This document shows positions 8,132 through 13,834 of a DNA stretch of 53,614 nt, piece by piece. A model generated the notes under the pieces. It did not search any database, was not told where the DNA came from, and saw only the letters and a program-made list of their open reading frames with translations. A program made the position numbers and the translations under genes. The DNA is from an uncultured Bacillota bacterium (GTDB lineage: Bacteria; Bacillota_I; Bacilli_A; RF39; UBA660). Where the stretch lies: positions 1 through 53,614 of the forward strand of contig CAMXQX010000002.1 of the NCBI GenBank assembly GCA_947246355.1. Direction: 5' to 3'. The stretch's first letter is position 1, and each line of letters starts with the position of its first letter.

Positions 8132-8890
8132 TTATGGTGTTACTGCCTCTCTTGTTTGTTCAGCAGTAATATCAATATTTAATGTAATTACATGACTTTT
8201 TGGAGCTGCTGCTATTTCATTACCTAATTTTGTATCAAGTTTATTTGTAGCATCATCAACCTCGAAGTCCCATTTCCAATAAATAGTATATGCTGTATTG
8301 TCAACTGTACCTGGAGCAAAAACTTTATTAGCTGTTCCAGAATATAATCCTTCAAGTGTTGTAAGCAATTGTTCAAAAGTTAATAAGTCATCAGCTGCTA
8401 CTGTATCAATATCGATGTTATCGCTTGTAGATACATAGAACTTGATTGGATCATATGTCTTTGTTGTGTCAACAGCAACACCTGTACTTGTGTCTGTAAC
8501 AACGTAAGTTGTTTTAACACCGTTTGTACTACCATCTGTATTTACTTTTAATGTATAATTTGTTTCGATAGTACCATCAAGAGCAAAGGTATATTGACCT
8601 TTTGTTCCAGGAGCTACAACGTTGTCTTTTGCACCTGTTACATCAGTTGGATCTAAATCTCTTGATAAAGCTTCAACAACTACACCATTTGCATCGTAGG
8701 TATAAGAACTCTTGAATAGATCCAATTCAGTATCAATTCCAGTTCCTAAACCAATTTGCCATTTTGCAACTCTTGCTTCATCTGAAAGGTTAATTTCAGA
8801 TACATATTTAGCATAAGTTCCACTTACAGAAAAACCAGTTCCAACTACTGCAATAAGTAGTGTTGCTAAGATTGCCATTTTCTTTTTCAT
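8132..8890 (-). CDS. Major TasA/BsaA-like SipW-dependent fibre subunit
   Basis: Start moved to MKKKMAIL behind a perfect AGGAGGTGA SD. Signal ends VSGTYAKYVSE (compare TasA GGGTWAAFND). The protein is Thr/Asp/Val/Gly-rich and Cys-free. Codon usage is visibly different from its neighbours. Hairpins flank the gene on both sides. Confidence 0.7.
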   Translation of the reverse strand: MKKKMAILATLLIAVVGTGFSVSGTYAKYVSEINLSDEARVAKWQIGLGTGIDTELDLFKSSYTYDANGVVVEALSRDLDPTDVTGAKDNVVAPGTKGQYTFALDGTIETNYTLKVNTDGSTNGVKTTYVVTDTSTGVAVDTTKTYDPIKFYVSTSDNIDIDTVAADDLLTFEQLLTTLEGLYSGTANKVFAPGTVDNTAYTIYWKWDFEVDDATNKLDTKLGNEIAAAPKSHVITLNIDITAEQTREAVTP

Positions 8891-8955
8891 AATTTCACCT
8901 CCTATCATTACTAGTTTTGATGAATAATTTGAGGAAGAATAACTTCCTAATCTAT

Positions 8956-8980
8956 GTAAATCTCTTGGTAGAGGATTTAC
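8956..8980 (-). other. Stem-loop in the 99-nt gap between sipW-1 and the major subunit gene
   Basis: GTAAATCTCT / TGGT / AGAGGATTTAC: 10 bp with one bulged G and no T-tail. Confidence 0.4.
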
Positions 8981-8989
8981 CCAATTTAA

Positions 8990-9754
8990 TTAAAACTTGT
9001 ATCTATCTTCATAATTGCTATCTTCTTTTTTTTCCTTTTCTTCTCTTAAGCGTAGCAATTCTAAAAACTCTTCTCTTGAAATTTGAGGCTGCTCCTTTTG
9101 TTGCATCTCTTTTAATCTTCTTAATTCTTGCAACTCCTCTTTTTCCAAACGTTCTTTTTCTTTTTCTTGGTACTCTTTCATCATCTTGAATTTTAAGTAC
9201 TCTTCTCTTTCTAGATTTTTATCTTTTCGCATTGAAATTGCAAAACAGATTACAAATACTATAGTAATAATGAGAGCCAAAGTTAAAACGGTTGTCGGTT
9301 CTGCTAAGCTTTTCATCATTGTTCCAAAGCCAGCAATACGAGTTACATATATTCCTTCTACATCATCTAGAGCAACTAAATTTCTATCTTGTGTACTATT
9401 GTTGTCTCCTTTTGTAATAAATTTTTTTGTTCCCTTATTTTCAACAACATCTATAATTCTATGGGTCGTAACTGTATTTTCAACATCCCTAAAGGCGATA
9501 ATATCACCTGTTTTTAAAACATTAGGATCAATCATCTTTGTAATAATTAAATCACCTTTATGAATTTTTCCTTCCATAGACCCCGATAGAACAATGAAGG
9601 GTTTATATCCGAAAACACTTGGGACTTTATCTTTGTTTGTAGTTGATTGAAACATAATAAATACATTCATTAATAAGATTGGTATTAAGAATATACAAGC
9701 AATGATAACTAGCCAACTACTAAATGATTTGTACCATTTTTTTCCCTTTTTCAT
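8990..9754 (-). CDS. sipW: Signal peptidase I, SipW type, with an 81-aa charged C-terminal tail
   Basis: 254 aa. LSGSMEGK Ser box, TTHRI, KGDNN, and a C-terminal TM helix. The tail is E/K/R/L-rich (EREEYLKFKMMKEYQEKEKERLEKEELQELRRLKEM...). Confidence 0.8.
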   Translation of the reverse strand: MKKGKKWYKSFSSWLVIIACIFLIPILLMNVFIMFQSTTNKDKVPSVFGYKPFIVLSGSMEGKIHKGDLIITKMIDPNVLKTGDIIAFRDVENTVTTHRIIDVVENKGTKKFITKGDNNSTQDRNLVALDDVEGIYVTRIAGFGTMMKSLAEPTTVLTLALIITIVFVICFAISMRKDKNLEREEYLKFKMMKEYQEKEKERLEKEELQELRRLKEMQQKEQPQISREEFLELLRLREEKEKKEDSNYEDRYKF

Positions 9755-9775
9755 CCTTCATCACTCCACTTGCTA

Positions 9776-12370
9776 TTAGCAATAAATTTTATTACCTCTA
9801 TTATATCTTAAATACTTTTTTTTGGCAAGTGGCAATTCATTGGTAAGTAATACCATTTTATTATTTTCTTCTTGTCTTCTTTGTGATTCTCTATTTTTTC
9901 TTTGTTCAAACCACTCTTTTGCAAGCTCGTCAACAATTTGTCTAGTTGCTTTTTCAGAAATAGGTACGCATTCCTGTGGTTGTGATTCGACTACGGTTTC
10001 TTCTTCAACTTTTTCTTCTGTTTGTGATTCAACTACAGTTTCTTCTTCAACTTTTTCTTCTGTTTGTGATTCAACCATAGTTTCTTCTTCAACTATTTCT
10101 TCTGTTTGTGATTCAACCACTGTTTCTTCTTCAACTATTTCTTCTGTTTGTGATTCAACTACAGTTTCTTCTTCCATTACTTCCATCATTGTTGTATCCA
10201 ATGAGAAAGTATTTTCCATTACAACCCAATCTGTATCATGACATTTATTACATTCTACTTGTTTCTCATTTGGATGGTCCCATGTATTTTCAATACCAGT
10301 TGGCTCCCAATTATGTTGTTCATGTGTTTTTGACTCATAAGAGCAAGCACTTCCATCACTTCTCTTATTTTCACAAGTTATCTTGACATAATGAGATTCA
10401 ACTGTATCTTTCTCATATTGAGGTTCGCTAAATTCATGAATATGCACAGTTTCATCATGTTTACATTTTGGACAAGTTACAGCAACTGTTTTTCCATCTT
10501 CTTTTGTAAATTCAGCTCCTGTTAAATCACAATCTTCTAATACTCCCTCAACCGCTATAGTATAATCACATGTAGCACAATCTTGTTTTTTTCCAAGAAG
10601 ATGTTGTCCATTAGAAACATATTGATAATCTCCTGTTTCTTCCACTGGCTTCATGGTATGGTCTCTTGTCATCTCACCAGCACAAGTCTCACATTTATTT
10701 TTTTCGCCACTTTCGTTATTATTTTCCCAAGGGCTATTAGAGCTATGTGCCTCTGTGGTTTTAGATATTTCTTCTTCATAATCGCAAGTTGCGCACACAT
10801 CTTTAACAATAGTTGTATGTGTTTTTCCATTTTGATCATCTACATGTTCTGTTTGGTGTTCCATAGTGTGATCTCTTGTATCCTCATGTTTACAATCTCC
10901 ACAAGTTCTTTTTTCATTTGCACCATTATTTTTAAAATCGCTATAATTACAGTTTTCATTTACTGATGAATGTGTTTCATAATTACAAGTATTACATTTT
11001 TGATCTTCATTCTTTTCATGTGTTCCATTATGATTATCCTTATACTCTGTTGTTATAGCTAAATCATGGTCTCTTGTTTGTTCAGCTTCACAATGATCAC
11101 ATGTCAATTTTTCTCCTGCTTCTCCTATAGAAGTCCAAGTTCCAACACAATCTTCTATTGTATCAAATTCTCTTTTTTCATCACATGTTTGACAATCATA
11201 CGTTATTCTTTCAATATGAGTTCCATCATTTTTTGCAATATAAGTTGTAGTTGAATTCTCATAGTCGAAACTATGGTTCCTTGTCATTTCATCGCCACAG
11301 CTTGGACATACACTTACCTCATAGTAAGCTCCATTCGATTTCCATATTTCATGAATACAGTCTTCTAAAGAAGTTTCCTCCTTTGTGTAATCACAAGTTT
11401 CGCATGTGCTTGTAGAGATAACTTTATGTTGATGATCTTCTCCAGCTTCATAACTTTTTTCCGTATTTATTTTGTGTCCACGCGTTTGTGTATACCCACA
11501 GCCGCTATCGCACTTACTTTCTTCTCCTTTTTCGAAAGCATTATAGTATTCACCACAATTATGAGGTTCTACTTTTTTTGAAATTTCTTCTGTATAATCA
11601 CAAGTATTACAAGTATTACCAATAATTTGTGTATGGGTTCCATTTTCGTTATCAAGGTAAGAAGTATACATTTCTACATCATGATCCCTTGTTTGTTCAT
11701 AACTACATTGGATACAAGAAGCAACTTCCCCTTCTTTTCCATTCGAAACCCAGTCACCATACTCACAGTCTTGTTTCTTTTTAATCGTTATTTTTTCACC
11801 ACAAGAACATTTTTTATTTGTAATAAATGTATGGGTTCCATCTTCATTAGACTTACAAACTTTACTAGTTACTTTAAAGTTATGTTCATGGTTATCCTCT
11901 TTGTCTTCGCTTTCTTTCTCTTCTTCTGAACTTTGACTTGGTTTTGGTTCAGATTGCGACTCTGTTTCTTTTTCTGTTTCTACTTGTGTTTCGGTCTCAA
12001 TTTCTGATGAAAATGCAATTGCAGACGTTTCTTCTTCTATAATTTCATTTTCATTGTCCCTTGCACTATTTTCAATACTTCTTTCTACATAGACAGACTC
12101 CTCTTCAGAAACCTCTTCTATAGTGGTAACTTCTTCTGTCTCTATAGATGTTTCTGTCTCCTTTTCTTTCGTAGATGGTAATCGAAAATTTTTATCCTCT
12201 TCCCCAAATTTCATAGTGATTTTTTTCGTTTTAGCATCTTCTTTAGCTAAACGTTGTATTTCACAACTGCCTATCCCAACTGCCAACAAAACTGCGGCTG
12301 CAGTTAAACCTGCTCTTTGAATTGCGTATTTTTTTTCTGATTTTTCTTCTGTAAATTCTTCTTTTCTCAT
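9776..12370 (-). CDS. Acidic lipoprotein with 7-8 tandem five-Cys (CxxC...C...CxxC) modules and a 14-aa C-terminal repeat array
   Basis: Start moved to MRKEEF (RBS GAAGGGGGA). Signal and lipobox AVGIGSC. The repeated ~65-aa module is GTHx(5-6)CxxCxY...C...W..G..GE...CxxC...TRDH. Five copies of EEETVVESQTEE(I/K)V follow. The first gene of the operon, ending 21 nt before sipW-1. Confidence 0.7.
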   Translation of the reverse strand: MRKEEFTEEKSEKKYAIQRAGLTAAAVLLAVGIGSCEIQRLAKEDAKTKKITMKFGEEDKNFRLPSTKEKETETSIETEEVTTIEEVSEEESVYVERSIENSARDNENEIIEEETSAIAFSSEIETETQVETEKETESQSEPKPSQSSEEEKESEDKEDNHEHNFKVTSKVCKSNEDGTHTFITNKKCSCGEKITIKKKQDCEYGDWVSNGKEGEVASCIQCSYEQTRDHDVEMYTSYLDNENGTHTQIIGNTCNTCDYTEEISKKVEPHNCGEYYNAFEKGEESKCDSGCGYTQTRGHKINTEKSYEAGEDHQHKVISTSTCETCDYTKEETSLEDCIHEIWKSNGAYYEVSVCPSCGDEMTRNHSFDYENSTTTYIAKNDGTHIERITYDCQTCDEKREFDTIEDCVGTWTSIGEAGEKLTCDHCEAEQTRDHDLAITTEYKDNHNGTHEKNEDQKCNTCNYETHSSVNENCNYSDFKNNGANEKRTCGDCKHEDTRDHTMEHQTEHVDDQNGKTHTTIVKDVCATCDYEEEISKTTEAHSSNSPWENNNESGEKNKCETCAGEMTRDHTMKPVEETGDYQYVSNGQHLLGKKQDCATCDYTIAVEGVLEDCDLTGAEFTKEDGKTVAVTCPKCKHDETVHIHEFSEPQYEKDTVESHYVKITCENKRSDGSACSYESKTHEQHNWEPTGIENTWDHPNEKQVECNKCHDTDWVVMENTFSLDTTMMEVMEEETVVESQTEEIVEEETVVESQTEEIVEEETMVESQTEEKVEEETVVESQTEEKVEEETVVESQPQECVPISEKATRQIVDELAKEWFEQRKNRESQRRQEENNKMVLLTNELPLAKKKYLRYNRGNKIYC
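9981..10175. repeat. 42-nt tandem repeat, about 4.6 near-identical copies, in frame within the Cys-repeat gene
   Basis: Unit TGTGATTCAACTACAGTTTCTTCTTCAACTTTTTCTTCTGTT begins at 9981, 10023, 10065, 10107 and 10149. Confidence 0.9.
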
Positions 12371-12475
12371 TCTATTTTCCCCCTTCAAAAATATTGGAAT
12401 GTTGAAAAGCAATATTTTGAAATCTAAAGGTGAATATGAATTCAACAAACCAAATCAAAAAAATGATTTAGCTCC

Positions 12476-12504
12476 AATATACAACTTTTTTTTATATTTG
12501 TCAA
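12476..12504 (-). promoter_or_regulatory. Candidate sigma-A promoter of the fibre operon
   Basis: Minus strand: TTGACA (12499-12504), 17 nt spacer, TATATT (12476-12481). About 100 nt upstream of the ATG at 12370. Phased A/T tracts lie immediately upstream. Confidence 0.5.
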
Positions 12505-12552
12505 ATCAAAATCAAAATTTTTTTAAATTTTTTTAAATTTTCTTTATTTTTT
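12502..12552. repeat. Helically phased A/T tracts (A3T7 every 10 bp, plus TCAAA(A) repeats)
   Basis: AAATTTTTTT AAATTTTTTT AAATTTT... read directly. T-runs start at 12518, 12528, 12538 and 12547. Confidence 0.8.
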
Positions 12553-12628
12553 ATAGAAAATAACACACACAAGTGAAAGACAATAGACAGTATTTTCTTT
12601 CTATGTTATTATAAAAATAGGTGATAGT

Positions 12629-13780
12629 TTGAAAGCTGTTGGTATTATTTGTGAATACAATCCATTCCACAATGGCCATTTGTATCACATAAATAAAGTT
12701 AAAGAAATGTATCCTAATCATAAAATTATAGTTGTTATGAGTGGAAATTTTACAGAACGTGGAGATGTAAGTATTATAAATAAATGGAAGAAAGCTGAAT
12801 TAGCCCATTTTCATGGATGTGATTTAGTGGTGGAACTTCCTTTTGCCTTTGCAACACAAAGTGCTGATATTTTTGCACAAGCTTCTATTTTTCTTTTAGA
12901 AGCTCTACAGGTAGATGTTTTGGTTTTTGGAAGTGAATCCGATAACATTGCATTACTCAAAAACATAGCCAAGGTACAATTAGAAGACAAACGGTACCAT
13001 AAGCTTATCTCCAATTTCATAGAAGAAGGAATTTCTTATCCAAGTGCTTTATCAAAAGCCATCTTTCAAATCACAGGAAAAAAAATCGAAAAGCCAAATG
13101 ATATTTTAGGTCTTTCCTATATAAGAGAAATTTATAAGCAAAACAGTTCTATTGAACCCATCTGCATTAAAAGAAACAATGATTTTTCTAGTAAAGATTT
13201 AACAGAAAATATAACAAGTGCTACAAGTATTAGACACGCTTTATATCACCAAGAAGATATCACCGATTATGTTCCTAATAAAACAGCAGAAATACTCAAA
13301 GGTCCTCTTTATTTCAATAACGACTTTTTCGCACTTTTGAAATATAAAATTTTAACGGACAATGATTTAGGTAAATACCAAACGGTAGAGGAGGGAATAG
13401 AGAATCGATTAAGAAAATATATATTAAACAGTAAGTCTATGGAGGAATTTATCTTAAAAGTAAAAACAAAAAGATATACCTACAATCGTTTAAAGCGAAT
13501 GCTAATTCATATTTTAGTAGGTTTTACAAAGGAGGAGGCCAACTCCTTTAAACATCCTGAATATATCCGAATTTTGGGTTTCAATTACAATGGACAAAAA
13601 TACTTAAATGCAATAAAAAACACAATTCCTTTACCCATTGTATCAAAATTTAGTTCCCTCAATCATCCTCTTTTAAAGTTAGAATTAAGATCCACCATTG
13701 CTTATGCTAGTATTTTAAATGAAGAAGACAAAGTAAAAACCATTGAGGAAGAATATAAAAATAGTCCTATTATGTATTAA
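12629..13780 (+). CDS. tmcAL: tRNA(Met) cytidine acetate ligase (YlbM/UPF0348 nucleotidyltransferase)
   Basis: 383 aa, TTG start after AGGTGA. The N-terminus KAVGIICEYNPFHNGHLYHINKVKE closely matches B. subtilis YlbM/TmcAL. Confidence 0.85.
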   Translation: MKAVGIICEYNPFHNGHLYHINKVKEMYPNHKIIVVMSGNFTERGDVSIINKWKKAELAHFHGCDLVVELPFAFATQSADIFAQASIFLLEALQVDVLVFGSESDNIALLKNIAKVQLEDKRYHKLISNFIEEGISYPSALSKAIFQITGKKIEKPNDILGLSYIREIYKQNSSIEPICIKRNNDFSSKDLTENITSATSIRHALYHQEDITDYVPNKTAEILKGPLYFNNDFFALLKYKILTDNDLGKYQTVEEGIENRLRKYILNSKSMEEFILKVKTKRYTYNRLKRMLIHILVGFTKEEANSFKHPEYIRILGFNYNGQKYLNAIKNTIPLPIVSKFSSLNHPLLKLELRSTIAYASILNEEDKVKTIEEEYKNSPIMY

Positions 13781-13797
13781 GGAAAAAAATAGTTATT

Positions 13798-13834
13798 AAG
13801 GAAAAAAATAGTTCAAATGAACTATTTTTTCCTT
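13798..13834. terminator. Bidirectional terminator between convergent tmcAL and the herA-like gene
   Basis: AAGGAAAAAAATAGTTC / AAAT / GAACTATTTTTTCCTT. The left arm is also duplicated as an 18-nt direct repeat (13777-13794 and 13796-13813). Confidence 0.6.

Noticed and set aside
9981-10175. Considered whether the 42-nt repeats are a CRISPR array
   Set aside because: The units are directly adjacent with no spacers. They are in frame within a coding sequence and encode a 14-aa peptide repeat.
10238-10252. CNKCH, a CxxCH c-type haem-binding motif, in the Cys-module protein
   Set aside because: It occurs only once. All the other modules have CxxC followed by D, N, E, G, S, K or A, so a multihaem cytochrome is not supported.
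9822-11929. Several 60-140-aa plus-strand ORFs (9822-10241, 10108-10386, 10583-10966, 11066-11254, 11627-11929) inside the Cys-module gene
   Set aside because: They are antisense mirror ORFs of an acidic, repeat-rich gene. They are low-complexity (Ser/Phe/Cys/Ile-rich) with no RBS, while the minus-strand frame has clear modular protein structure.
12371-12448. 26-codon N-terminal extension of the Cys-module ORF (MLNSYSPLDF...)
   Set aside because: There is no RBS. The internal ATG at 12370 has GAAGGGGGA upstream and gives a normal signal/lipobox N-terminus.
1-12500. Looked for mobile-element boundaries (integrase, transposase, tRNA target, direct repeats) around the accessory PARIS/fibre block
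   Set aside because: No recombinase gene or flanking repeat was seen in the window. The left boundary lies off-window, so no island call is made.
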